NCBI GenBank assembly: GCA_965112155.1
Contig: OZ218100.1
Strand: one strand, 5' to 3'
Source: Podarcis liolepis
Taxonomy: Eukaryota
Length of the DNA stretch: 64,000 nt
In this document: piece after piece, positions 22,901 to 37,700 of the stretch
Numbering within the stretch: position 1 is the first letter of the stretch
Layout: each line of letters begins with the position of its first letter
Notes under the pieces: model-generated
What the model saw: the letters and a program-made list of their open reading frames with translations, nothing else
Told to the model about the DNA's origin: nothing
Database searches by the model: none
Program-made: the position numbers and the translations under genes

Positions 22901-25759
22901 AGATAACAAAAGAACAGTCCTCTTCTTGAGAATTTTGTTTGAAATGCTCAAAGATACCTGAGAATTCAGATCTCCCACAAATGCCCTTCTATTTGTAAAG
23001 TGACAAAACACAATACAGCCTTTACTGTGATGGTCCCCACCCCCAAAATTCCTCCGCTGCGATAAGCAAAGTTATTATTTTCCCCTTTTAATCAGGTTTT
23101 GAGCCCACCTGGATATTTTGGCTGCTGTGTTCTCTGCTGTTCTTTTAGACTATCTTCTATATTTTATGGTTTTTTTACTGTGCACATTGTAAGTTATAGG
23201 CCCTAAGTCATCCTATGCTGATATGGAAAATCAGAAAGTGAATTAAGGATATATAACATTTTTCAAGAGAAAAGATTTATGAGACTTTTGAGTGGTGTAG
23301 GAGGTGGACTAGGGTAGAGAGAGCAAGAGCATAAATGTCTTTCCCTTCATACCTAGTTTAATGCATTGACCCACTGTGCCTATCGGCCCCAAAGCCCACA
23401 AGGAGAGGTAAAATCTGAATTATCTAGGAGACCTAACCTCTATTAAACCAAGTGCAATTTTTTTTAAAGGGTAATTGCTTGTGAAACTGAGCTTTTCAAT
23501 ACAAAATAAAGGGCTGAAATGCCTTCCTTGATAGAGCGGCAGTCAAGTAACCCCACCAGAGTAGGGTAAGAATTTTAAAATGTTGCTACACGAAAAGATT
23601 CCTATTAGACATTTCCTTCACAAAAACAAAGGGGAAAGCAGCAGAACTAAAGTATATGATATATTTAGCTTTAGATAAAAGTATGTTTGAAGATACTCCA
23701 AACTTCACATTGTGTTAAAATGCGTCTTCACTCAGAACTTCTACAGCTTGTAAATTTTTAAAGTGTGGTTTACATTTTAGCTGCCGTTATTGTACGTTGT
23801 TATCCTGTGTTTACGTATTGCTTGCTTTGCCTAGNNNNNNNNNNNNNNNNNNNNNNNNNNNNNNNNNNNNNNNNNNNNNNNNNNNNNNNNNNNNNNNNNN
23901 NNNNNNNNNNNNNNNNNNNNNNNNNNNNNNNNNNNNNNNNNNNNNNNNNNNNNNNNNNNNNNNNNNNNNNNNNNNNNNNNNNNNNNAGAGAAAATCCAAA
24001 GAGAACCATCTGGAGCCTGTTCAGAGGGAATGACAGTAAACAAGATATTCTCTTCTTCATTACCAATATAGCGTCTGGCAGCCTTTCAATGATCTCATTG
24101 TATGGTAACAGATACATAAAGACTAGCCAGGGGGAAAAAATGGTGGAGCTGGAGGAGTAGCTGCACAAATGGCCTGACTCATAGCGTAGACCGTTACCAA
24201 AAGAAAAGAAAAGAAAAGAAAAGAGAGAAAAAGGTGGGGGGGAGAAAGTGGGTTGGGAGTGGGGAATGACAATCCAACTGAAAGCGATAAAACTATGGGA
24301 AGAACTACATGTTACAAGAGACAAAAGCAGCAGCTACACATCTCCTCAAAAATACATAGCAAAACAGACCACATGATGTGATGATGTGGTTGCATTGCGA
24401 ATTTTCCCACTCCACTTCATTTACTATAATCACAATCTCCCTTAGCATGCAGATCTGTCCTAGACTAGTGTAAACAAGTAATGATCTGCACCTTCTGCAT
24501 GCCTTGCTCTTATCCACTATAAATGAACTGCCAGTGGTGTGCTAGCCTGGTGGGTCATAAATTTTGCAGACCTTGTTCAACAGAGGGGTATAATGGCTTC
24601 ATTCTTACCACCTGACTTCTATGACGAGCACTATAAATATTTAGCCAATTACCCACCTTCTTATGCCTTTGTCCTGAAGTGTTTCCTGCTAGCATTTCTT
24701 TTTTCCTGGAAGAGAAGGCTCAACCCACTGGGAAAGTGGCCTACAAAGTATGTATGTAAAGACTGGGAGTAATAGGAAGAGAATGAATTTGCTACTAGAA
24801 TTCTGCTGAATCTGACTTCTTGGATAGAGAGGATTGATGGCCTGGGACATGGTCTATGCCAGACTTCAAGGGGTATGAGAGGTTCTACTGCAGTTTAATA
24901 ACTGTGTTGCTATGAATATCAAGAATTTTATTATGGTTTGGGAAGGAAACATTTAAAGTAAGTATACTGATTTTAAGGTGCTTTAGCTGATTGAGTTATC
25001 AATCACCCATCAAAAGTTTTCCACGAGCCCTTATTTCTAGGAAAGAAACTAATTTTCATTGCCAGATACAAATAAGTCATAAATAGTTTTATTTTATTCC
25101 GACCTTTTCATAAATCTAGTCTCAAGAGCCAGCACTGTCTCAATTATCTCACTCACCCGATGCTGATCTATTAGAGTACGCAGAGACTCTTCATCATCTG
25201 GGAGATTGCCATGGAAACGAAGGGCCTGTTCAGCCTCAGCCAGCCATTCCAGAAGAACGTGCACAACTGAGTGGAATTCTTCCGCCTGTAAAATGAAAGT
25301 GGAAAAGAAAGTGGGGGGGGGGGGGAGAGAGAATGCTGTAAAAGGGATCTGGACTGAAAGAGTACAATGTTGGATTCCTCCCATGAACAATGAACCTGTG
25401 CCCAGATTGGTGGAATCATTTATCATTCAGCAATGGAGGTACATTAACTTTCCATTAAGGAATCTGACATACAGCACTCTGATATCATGGCTGTAAAAAT
25501 GTCACATGCTTTTAAAAAAGGATTTAATAAAGCCCATAGGCCTGTTTGTGCATGCTTTTAAATATATGATTGATAGCATATGTGAAAGTGGAATTCAGAG
25601 CAACCTGCCTTCACACTGACAAATTATCAGGTGGAGTCATGCTAGTGAATAATGTTAATTACTTTGTGGAGTGGGGGGAGCTAACCGAGGCTGTATATAG
25701 AAGAGCTGAAAGCAGTATCACTATAGAGTTGTCACTGCCAGTTACAGCCTTTGCATGTT

Positions 25760-25798
<39 letters not shown>

Positions 25799-28700
25799 TT
25801 GCAATGGTCTTTGGTCAAAATGGTTTTTCAGATTTTGGTAGTGCTTTAAGAAGTGTCAGAAAAAGGCTGAGCCTCCAGCTTCAAGTGGCGCAACATGAGT
25901 TAGTGAGGTATCTATGTGTGCACTTACTGCATATACCTAATGGACAATGCCCATAACCACCACATTACTCTCCCTCAGGAGTGTCTGGAGGAGTTTGGGA
26001 ACTGTTTTGAAATTATTTTCCCGATATTTTTTAGTATATGAAAGCAGCAAGGCTTCTGCACATGTAACTCTCTACAAAGAAAAAACAGAATGAAGTAAAA
26101 AAAAAGTAGCACCGGCCTATCTTTCTCCTCATGATTCAATAACTTTTTAAAAGGTTTCCTGTAGGGCAGGCTATTTGCAATTCAGTCTAGTCAAGAGCAC
26201 CACTCCACTGACATGGCCTCGTGAAATAGCTGCAATTAGCAATCAGGACTCCTGTTTCAACTTTAATGTCTTTTGCATAAGCTGCCTTGTGCTTATCTAT
26301 CCATTGCTTCACTGTGGACTCCTTAACTTATGCAGAACCTGGTGGCACAGGCATGGCACAGACAAGGCCCTCCTTGTCTCGTCGCTTCCTATGCGGCAAT
26401 GATACCCAGTGAATGCATTCCCAACCCATGCATAGGCTGCATCTGATTGAAATAAGTGTAATTGGTTCATTCTTCACCTGGTGGAGGGCTTGTTCCAGTC
26501 GTGTTTGCTTGGAGACGGACAATGCACACACCGTCTCCCACCGAGTGCCCAGCTCCTGCATCTGGACCTTAACCCAGGAGGAATCATCACGACTACCTTC
26601 TATCAGTTCACGAGCAGAGCGTTTCAGTGCCTGGACGCTGCCTGTCCTTTTCCCCAGTTCCTTCTGGAAGGCCTAAGAAAAGGAAATAAATGGTTCCTTC
26701 TATTATCTCCCCAAATAATAGAATAACACAGCTATCACAACTATGGAGAAAGTTCATTTTTATAGACTTAATTTTAAAAGAAATTAAACTTAACTGAACA
26801 TTATTTTGTTTTCTAATGTGAGTCCCGTAAATATTTTCATCCCCCTGTCTGGCTTTGTTTTATTCAATCCTTGCTACTCTACCATATTTGAATTTCCCCC
26901 TCACTTCTTACAAATCAGTAGTCCTACATATATTCCGAAAGAAACCGTTAGGTCAACAATATCTTCCTTATGCAATGTGGGATCACGTGAACACTGCCAA
27001 TTAAAAAAGAAGACAACATACTGAAAACCCCTGAAACTTTCACTAGGAATCTCGAGGCACACAAGGAACTGAAAACTAGTGCAAGCTTTGATAACGTGGG
27101 GCTCCTTCACTCTCCCTGCCTCTCTTATACTCCTACACTCTGATCCAGGGCTCCACATCTTCTGCAATATTTTGCTGAGACAGTTTCTTTTTGTCTCAGC
27201 AGTTCTATATGTGCAAAAGCATGTGTCCACAAATCTCTTGCTTCCTTTAAAAGACAAGGGGCAGCCCTTGCAGATGGTGGAACATGTGAGCAGCAGAGTT
27301 TCTGCATCTCTTATAAATGGATTGGACTAAAAAGCTAAGGCTGCTAATGCTATTACCCACTGCGTCTGAGAAACTTTCAAGAGCGTTTTTAGTTCTAATA
27401 ATCCGAATTAAAATCTGCATGAAGAAAAATGTAGCAGAACAACTTTAGCACTGAAAGCAAGTTTCAGATAAATCTTGTTCGTTGCAGTCAGCAAGCTCTT
27501 TTCCCTCTCCAGTCAGTTTTTATACCACAGGCCAAGGTTTTTAACCTATTGAACGGGCTCATCAATCTTTCTTAAAAGTTACAAATTGACCCAACAGGCA
27601 TTTACTCAAAATGCTTTGAACAGCTTGATTCAAAATAATATGAAAATGACTGTAATTTTGTAGCCATTACCTTGTGATTATCTATTAAGTTCATCACTAA
27701 ATCAATGTCTCCATGCACAGGCTGATCTTCGGCCAGCTGCGGTTCCACTTTGTACAGCCAATCTATGAGAGCTTGAAGAGCATCAGTAAATTGCCCAGAA
27801 AACAGCAGCGCTTCTTCCAGTTTGTTTTGTCTGAAATGGGAAAACAAGACAGACACAGTGAAAGAAGGGGGGAAGAGTGATTGCAGATCTACAGGAACCC
27901 TATGCCCATGCACTCAGCTATATGACTCTAACACCATAAATCTAGGTCTCTTAGGATTCATCCTACCTCCTGCAGCTTCCTTCATTTACAGCCTCTCCAC
28001 AGTAACAACATTTCTGCTTCTATCATGCCAACTACTAGTTCCTACTTCCTAGACCCCTCACCCTGCCTCCAATCAGTCGCTCTTCCAGGGGCTACATGCT
28101 CTTCCAGTTTTACCACCACCCCTTCCTCTCTTCCAACTGGGCTGGGGGAGTTTTCAGAGGTAACAATAAACAAAACAAAATATTCTGGCTTTATACACCT
28201 CTCTATCAAGACCAAGTGGAGGAGCCAAATGAATATATTGTTCATATATTCAGGAGACAAGATTTGAGCTCAAACCTAAAACTAAAGGAATATACAACAT
28301 AAAGAAAAGTGTGTAGGAGTTGGAGCATGCACTTCCCATTTTACAGGGCTCTTTCTTTTGAAATGGAGCTCTAAACCATCCCAGAGACCTTGGCTGAATA
28401 TGAAATGGGTCTCCTCTGCCTCCTACCACCCTTGGAAGAACAAACCAATACCTTTTCTGCAGCTGGCTTATTCTGAGATTTGGGCTCCCGTTTACTCTGC
28501 ATCCAGTGCATTTCCAATGTTGGTTTGAGAAACAGTGTACACATGATGCTAGAGATAATCCACACCTTTATCTAGCCTGTCATTCCTTATTAAATGCTGC
28601 ATTTCTGATGCCTTCTCCCCTTCCCAATCAGCTTCATCTTAAGCGAATAATGTGTACACAGTCTTAAACACTCTAAGGGATGGGGAAGTGGAGCCAAGAA

Positions 28701-31700
28701 CCTACATCCTCTGCTCAAAGTGAGACGCTCATAATTTTATTCTGACCAGGGACATTCTCTGAAGACCAAGGAAAATGGGATGATAAGGAGAGAGTGACCT
28801 AGCTACTGCTTTACAGAGCCTCTTTTAAGTAAGATGCAAAGCTTTTTTGTCTTACCTTTCTACAGATTTTCCACATACTGTATCCCATTTGTCTCTGAGT
28901 TCACTCAGCATATCATCCAGTTTCAGATTGTCATCAGCTAGGGAAGTTTTTTCTTTCAAAGCACGTCCACTTCTATTTGTGGTGTCATACACAGAATGTT
29001 TAGCTCCAAGAGCCTTCTGGAACTCCTGTTCAAGAAAGGGACCCAATATGAAGCACACAACACACATAACCTACAAAACTTATTTTGTGCCGTTTGGAGA
29101 CGAAGACCACACTCACGCATCATGGTAAGCCATAAAGCATGGCTTACAATGCATGGATGAATTATGCCCACTTCACTCTTCCCATCTCATGTGCAGAGGA
29201 AACGAATCAGCTACGATCCCTGGCTTAGCATCCCCTACCGCTTAGCGTTACATCTAAACCAGGGATCGTGGTTTGTTTCTCTCCCAACAAACCACAATTT
29301 CTAGCAAAGCTCCGCTTTTGGCTTAGCAGTCATGGCTTGTTGACAGTGAAATAAAGCATGATCCCAAAGCCAAGGATCAGGGTTTGAGTCTTCTGTGTAT
29401 TAGTAGGGAGGAAATAAACAGCCCAGCTAGGCGTGTTCATGGTCAATCATTATCTATGATTTATCAGATGTGTGAACAGGGCCAAACACAATGAATGAGA
29501 TTTTCATACAAACTACATTTAGCAAGGAAATATCATGAAATGTCACCGGGACATTTAGATTCCAGAACCCGCTGGCATTTATTCCAGAATATACCTCGTG
29601 TCCCTGGGATCAATAAGACTATCAATCAAATGACTTTAATTGAGCAATTAAAATAAGTTATGCAAGAGAAATGGTAGCAAGCCATTGGTGCTCAGCTTGA
29701 AGTGATAGTGCACAAGTTTGGACTGTCTTCTACAAAGCATTTACACCAAATCACTAGCATTCAAATCAATGTAGAAGTCCATATTAAATCATCTGAAACC
29801 CAATACCTTAGGTTTACTGACTTATGGACTAGAATAAAGAAGCTACACTGGAAAATATTATTCCATTCTTTACCATTAAAAAAGGAACATGACAAACCTT
29901 AGGTTATCTTGCATTCAGTACACTACTTAAGAAAGTATTAAATGCTAAATACTACAGAGAGTGAGTGCTCCCCATGTAAACAATCAAATGCTTGATTATT
30001 TCTGTATTGCTATCTCCTCTGGAGTACGGCTGTGCTAAGATTATCAAGATGTACATCTATCATGCTTTTGCAAGAAGGCACAAATAAGGAATCCGCCAAA
30101 TAAATGTTGGTCAGTAGAAACGCAAGACTCAATTTTGTGAATTCTTTGGTGGCTATATCATTTACAAATATTCTCTAGAATGAAACTCACAAGCAATTAC
30201 AGTCATTGAAACAAAAATGAATTATCCTACCAATGTCACTTCTGTAAAGTAAATGGAGGTTGACTTGTAATGAGGTGCATATTAACCTAAAAATGGGGGG
30301 GGTAGCTGATGTGGTGACCTAAATATGATTTGGACCTCCAATAGCCCCAACCAACATGACAAATGGTCAGGGATGATGGGTGTTGTAGTCCAGCAATTTT
30401 TTGAAAGTTCCAGTTACAGATAGGTAGCCGTGTTGGTCTGCCATAGTCAAAATAAAAAAAATATCCTTCCAGTAGCACCTTTAAGACCAACTAAGTTAGT
30501 TCTTGGTATGAGCTTTCGTGTGCAAGCACACTTGCGTGTATCTGAAGAAGTGTGCTTGCACACGAAAGCTCATACCAAGAACTAACTTAGTTGGTCTTAA
30601 AGGTGCTACTGGAAGGATTTTTTTTTTAATTTTTTGAAAGATACCCCTGCCTTAAAATATATCAATATTCTTTTTTTAAAAAAAAAATCCTTGAAAAAGG
30701 GATTAAGACAAACTACACGGCCCATTCTTTCTTCACTGACTTCTAAATATAACATGCAAAGAGCTTGGTGGTGGTTGGGGACTGATAAAAAGGCAATGAA
30801 TACTCCTTCAAATCTTTGGCAATATGTAACAAATATGAGACAGCTCATTTTTAAAATCTTCATCTCTCCTTATTTGACAAACTCCAAAAGAATGAAGCCA
30901 AGTTATTCCATATATCAAATAGAGCCTAGTCTACGATCTTTAGCCTTAGATACTAAAAGCATTAAAACCTTCAACAATGGCTCAATGGTTTACTTTATAA
31001 AAGGAAGATTGAAAACATGCAGCAACCAAAGGCATGTAACATACAAATATTTACTAAGAGGAGTAGCTAGGATTTTTTGAGGCTATTTTATGACTGTCCA
31101 TGTATCGGGGGAATGAGAGGTTAATAGAGGTGGACAAGTCAGTATGTTTCCAGTGTGTGTCAGTTTACCAAATGTGCATTCATAAATCCATTCCACCCCT
31201 TTTCTGAATTAATCTGCATTTTTGAATTTAAAAACAACATGAAAATTTGACTTTTTTTAAAAAAAAAAAATCTAAAAATGTTTTCCCACAAAACACCCAT
31301 TTCTAAACATACTAGTTGCCAGCTGAGTGTAAAAATCCAGTCCCGGAAGTAGACTGGTGGCCATTCTGAGCTCTTTTAAAACTCAAAATCCTTCCAGAAT
31401 GCATATACTAATGGGATTATCATCTGATCAGTGGTGAGGTCTGTAGTTCAGTGTTAAGACCCATCCTTTGCATATAGAAGATTCATTCCTGGCACCTCCA
31501 GGTGTAGAATATTCCTATGTGAAATCTGTGTGAAATCACATCCAGTTTGGTATAAGGCAGCTTCTGGTGTTCAGAAAAGGCAGTGGCAGTCATAATTAAG
31601 CAGGGCTGCTGGTTGATATGAATCCACTTACGCATTATCTTTTATTTATAGTGATGATCTTACCCATTCATCTAGTCATGACAAGTTTTAACACCCTCTA

Positions 31701-34700
31701 CATCCATATAGAGTCTTTGGCACTAGGACTCAGTAAACTGTGTATAATGAAGGGGAAAGTGCTGAAAGCTAATTCAAAGGCCTCAACAGTCAATTTTATT
31801 CTATTAAACAAAGTTCACACGCTGGTTGATTGTAATAAAACAAGGAATATTAAAAGTATCAATAAAAACAGCTAAAACAATAAATAAGAATTAGAGTTAG
31901 GTAAAAGAGGCTAAAACACACATCTAGCTTTCTGGATAGGCTTGACTAAACAAAAATGTCTTAAGGCAGGCTTCCTTAAACTCGGCCCTCCAGATGTTTT
32001 GAGACTACAATTCCCATCATCCCTGACCACTGGTCCTGCTAGCTAAGGATCATGGGAGCTGTAGGCCAAACATCTGGAGGGCTGAGTTTGAGGAAGCCTG
32101 TTTTAAGGGATGGCAGAAAGAGTACAGTAATGGTGCCTGCCTGATGCAGACAGACAGGGAGTTCGAAAGTGTAGATGCTGCCACATGGAAACAACGGTTT
32201 CTTACAAAAGGATCAAACCACCTAACAAGAAACACAGTGGAAGGCAAAACAACAACAACAAAAACTAGCAGTGGATGTCCAAAGCAAACAAAGCATTAAG
32301 AAAGAGTGTTTTGTTTTTTTAAGAGCAAGGTGCTAAAATTTGATTGACAATCAAGATATTGAGAGTGCTAGGCAGACCAAAGTAACAGTAATTCTTGGAA
32401 CTTCAGCATGCAAGTAGTTTTGCAGAGCAGATAATCCCTGTTCACAGTGTGTCCCTTTCCCTATATCCATTCAGAAGAGGCCCAGGTTTTAAAGATTACT
32501 TTTCATCTGCACATCACCAGATTTATGGAAAGGCGCTTGACAGCTGTGGACCCTTAACAGAAAAACTCTCTTTTCTCCTACTGCAACGTTCATTTGTGTT
32601 GTTGACAGTCCCATTGCATCTAATGCATTCCAAGTGGTGGGGGGAATTGTTTCACTAAAGCGATTAAGGATTTGTCCGTCAAACTGTACTTTACTTATTT
32701 TTTTGAGATAAGCTGGGTTGTTTTTTGTTTTAAAAAGTGTTACAAATGGTGATCCACACAATTTCTGAGCCCGCCTTGAGTGTAGTTAAACTCTAGCAGA
32801 TCCTATTGTCCTATAACATTGCACACAGGAAAAAAATAGTAAAGTGCCCTTTATCTTTTTCCTATGATTCTTTACTATTGTGCTTTTCCTTTCCACATGT
32901 AGTTTCAGAAGATGGAACCCTGCAGAGAAACCTCCCAGCTTCTATTTATTTTACAAGCTGGAAAACTGCCAGTGTTTGAATTTGATGGTGGCAAACATTC
33001 CAACCTAGTGACCAATAAATCTCCCTCCTCCTGCTAATTACACAGTGCTTGGTTCACTGGCTTTCCTGCCATCTGATTGGACAGCCTCTACATTCCATTA
33101 CCAGTGACTCACCTTATGCTGGGCAAGCTGCATCTTAATTTTGTCTGGATCATTTGCAATTTCAAGCTCTGTATCCAGAGTCTTTTCTGAATCATCCAGC
33201 CATTCAGTAAGTTTGTTCCAGGCTTCATGGAACTGTGGAAAAGGAAGATTTTCAATTACATACATTGATAGGCATAGATTATGCATTCAAAACATTCAAC
33301 ACACATTTAGCTTTGAAAAAATATTAAGGGTTGCATTCAGTTAGGTTTCACTCGGAGTGTATGCACTGAAATTAATGGGTCTGAGTCGGTCATGTCTACT
33401 AATTTAAATGGGGGGAGGGTGCAGGGTAGGCGAGGACGGGAAGTCAAGTTGTATTGGCAGAACTCATGCTCAGTCAGCAGAGTATAAGGTTCAAGCCCCA
33501 TGCTGGGAAAATCCAAGACTCCCAACCTCTGTTGACACAGTGACATATCTACTTGACCAGGAGTGGCCCTTCCTGGCCCGAGGGCCACTCTGAGGGTTGC
33601 TGAACCCTTCAAGGGCCACATACGCTCAGCACAAATGCAAATAACATGCTGCCACCCATGCACCCACCACATGTAGAAACATACACGATACATACACACA
33701 CATACACACAACATAAGGTAAAGGTAATGGGACCCCTGACCATTAGGTCCAGTTGCGGATGACTGGGGTTGCGGCGCTCATCTCGCTTTATTGGCCGAGG
33801 GAGCTGGCATACAGCTTTCGGGTCATGTGGCCAGCATGACTAAGCTGCTTCTGGCGAACCAGAGCAGCACACGGAAACGCCGTTTACCTTCCCACCGGAG
33901 CGGTACCTATTTATCTACTTGCATACCTAGAGGTCAATAAAACATGCATACTGTTTTTCTGCCAACATCGGTGCTGGACTAGGAAGAGGCGATCCTTTCC
34001 TCCTAGCCCAGGGCTGGAATGAGAACAAGAGGCCCCCAGTTACCCTGCCAATGTGCCTCTTCTCCTTTTGGCAAGGAAACATTGAAAGCAGGACCTGGAG
34101 CTCAGGAAACAGAAGGAAGTGCTTCTGTTTCTGTTTCTTGAGTTCAGTGTCCTATGTCTGGCATCACAGCAGAAGGAGAAGAGGCACCTTTGCTAATAAG
34201 TGGAGGAAGAGGTCCCAAATTTTCTGGGGGCAAGTAAGTTGCCTGACATAGCCTCATGGGTCCCATGTGATCCATGGGTTTGCCACTCTTTCCTTAGACA
34301 CACTATCTTGTTGGGATGATTCACACATATGATAAAGTGCTGTTGTGACGGTACTGCAATCATGCAGAGACTGTACTTCCTTATTTTTTATATGGGATGT
34401 TGTTTTGTTTAAAAATACCCCACATGACAACTGCAGCCCACATGAAAAACTAACACACATAATCAAAAGTTTGAGTTGCCTGCCTCATGTAGCCATCTCT
34501 CTGTCCCACCCAAATATGGGCTCTGATTTTCATCCACCTCCTCTACACATACAAAAAAAACTGAAATGACATGGCCCCTACACAGTCATATCCCTTTGAT
34601 AATGAGCCTCAGCCTAAGTTGAAACTACAAAAATGTTGGGAAGGCTAGAAGCACCCATGTAGAGAGGTTGCAATTTGTTTCAGAAAATGGTGTATTAAAT

Positions 34701-37700
34701 GAAGATGATTGTGAAAAATAAAATAAGGATGAACTTCCCATGCAAAACAGGAACACTGCTAATAAACATCTGCATCCATATACCACTCTGTTGCTGGGTT
34801 GGAAAGTAAAGATTCTACTTTCACTTTTGGTGTAGGGCCTGAAGAAAAAGCCATTCTGGCTCCCACTACTTGCCAAACCTGTTGAACTAATATTCCAGTT
34901 TCCTTTAGATGACTTAAAGTCATCACACTGTTCATTTAAACATGGGTTTAGTTACAGCAAGGTTACGCTCAAATTGTTATGGAAGACTTGCCACATTACC
35001 TGCTTGGCACGCTTCCTTGCATCATCCAAAGCTCTTCCTCTTTCCACTAAGCGCTGAACTACTTTTTCCCATCTACTCTGGACACTGATCAGCAGATTTT
35101 TAATGAGGACAACATCCTGTTTCTGGCTGAAGTATTTCAAATGTGTTCCAGTTTTGTCCAGCTCAATAATCTGGTCACGGTGGGCATTCACTTCATTGGC
35201 AAAGACCTTGTGAAAGAAAGAAAAAAGATAATATTTGAAAAGCTTCAGAGTCTTCTAGCACACAGATATATACCTAAGAAGTGATGGTGTTATTTGTCAG
35301 TGACACTATAAAATGTCACTTTAAAAAACTGTAAAATGTCTTTGGATTTTAAAGGTGCTGGCTTGCTTTAAACATTAATACAAGCCAGCCAGCCTGTGGG
35401 TCCAAGGAACGGGAAGAAGAAAGTTGCACATCTGTTGTTGTTTCTGTACATACCTTGTGTTCATCAATTTGAAATAAGACAGTATCCAAGATAAGACTTG
35501 GCCGAGAAGCTACTGTCAAGGTTTGCTCAGCTTGAGTAAGCCAGTTGATGAAGTCCTGCAGTGAGTTGTGGAACTCCATTGCCAAATTGAGAGCTTCTTC
35601 CAGTTTGATCTGCAAGAACACACCATAAATTAGCAGCAGTGGGCAGTTTATACTAGAAACCATATAAACTTTATAGAGAAATAAACCAAATCATGTCTGA
35701 ATGTAATTTGGAAGAAGGCCACTGTTGTCCTGCTGCCTACACCCCCCCCCCCCCAGTTTAATACTGGTATGCTCTGAATATTTAAACAACACACAAGGAA
35801 AGATATTTCTAAAAATATTTCAGCAGAAACTGACAAAACAGAGAACCTACAAGGACTGAGCAGGCAGAAGAGCATCCAGTGCCACATACAGATTCCTGCC
35901 ATTCAGTGATAAATGATGAGCCTTACAAATATTCAGACAGTAATCCAGGAACATCATTTCAGCTTTGATTCTGCTTGCATGAAAAGGGGATGATATGCGG
36001 TTGCATTGCATGAAGGATTAGGAAGATAAAGTTGGGAATTTGCACTATGGTGAATATCCTTTTTTGCACAACGCAGGTCTAGTTCAGACAACTTTGGGGC
36101 TGGTAAGTCTTTGTGCAGAACGGAAGCTACCCCCCTCTCTTCCACTGTACAGATTATTGCTGTTTCAGATGTTATGAGAGTGAGTGTTAAGCTCCTGTCC
36201 TCCCCACTATGGCACAATCAGAAGGAGAAATTCAGGAGGTTTCATTTTTATTTATTTATTAACTAGAGCCTTTCATAGCAGCCAAACTCATGTGTTTAAT
36301 CTTAACTATGGCTTGCCGAAATGAAAAAAAAAATTAAGCCATAGTTTAAGAAGCTGTCTTGTTTATGCAGTTTATGGTTCAGATGCAGTGCTAAACAGTG
36401 GTTTATCCAAAATGGAAGTGGAAGCTTTCGATCTTCCCCTCGGGGCGGGGAGGAGAGGGGAGTGAACAAGGACTCAGCTAGATTGTATATGCGATATAAC
36501 AGTGTCCTACCAGATGGCGCTGTGGAGTCCCGTTTTTCTCTACCTGTTTCCCCTGTTTAAATTTACAACGCATTTAACTGAAACACTTCTTTAATGTGTC
36601 TAGAGGCTAGTCTAACTGCAACTTAAGTTTTGAGGCTAGCTGTGACTTACTCCCTAATGCTAAATAATGGTTTAGTGATACAATGTGAACTGGGCCCCTT
36701 TCTCATACAGGTGAAGAATATAATGTGTTGGGTGTCAACATGGTTTGTCTACAATATCATACGTAACCGTACTGACTACCCAAGGTTTTGCTGGCCCAGG
36801 CCATCTAATACAATTGAAACAATCCTTTAAATTTACATTATATGAGAATGCAAATACTCCTTTTTCCAAGAATGGCTTCATTTGTTTGTTTAATCATTTC
36901 TGTTTCTTATGAACACATTTGTATTTCAGCTGTTTCAAGATGTAATTTATAGTCTGGCTCAGAGTAAACTGTTTATCTATGTTTGGAGTATTTTTTATTT
37001 TTTTATTTTTTTACAAAAGAATGTCCACTGCCATGGAAACCCATAGCTATGAGTAAGATGCTTATCCAGGAATATGAGGTCGCCTCCCAGAAGGCACGAG
37101 AGAGGCCTCATCACTTAAAACTTTTAAGAACTGCTATGTTCAAATGCCAGCAATAAAATTAAAGCATCAGTTCCAAGCTGACAGGATGATGGACTGGGTG
37201 GCTAGAAAGGATTTATTCATTCCTTAGGTCTGCAACCTATAGACTACAATAGGAGGTGTTTTCATTTACAAACATTGGTCTGCTGCCATGTAATTTATTG
37301 ATCAGCTTTTCCAGATGAATCATGGTGTGTGACATCATTTACAGGTTTAATTGCATGGGTCCCTAGCGCCTGCTAAAAGGAAAATTCTGTATTTGCAATA
37401 TTCTAATATTAAGACACATTTCAGAGAATTTCCCCATGTTCGATATGCAACATACTTTTCTTTCACTCAGCTTTGTTTCCACCGATTCCCATTTCTCTTT
37501 AAGATTATTTATGTCCTGCTCAACATTTGTTTCAATGGTCTCTAGGCATCTTGCAAGCATCTGTAGGCCCTTTTGCATCAGACACTTGTATGTTTCTTCT
37601 TTAGCTTCAAAGGCAGCACAGAGTTCCTAAACAAAGAGGGAAAGTATTGCAAAATGCATAAACATTTATTCGAAAATGTTACCCCCTTAAAAGCTTCACA

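Noticed and set aside
23765-24324. ORFs spanning the N run; possible exon hidden in the gap
   Set aside because: The ORFs are artefacts of Ns; flanking DST exons join in frame with correct spectrin periodicity, so no constitutive exon is missing.
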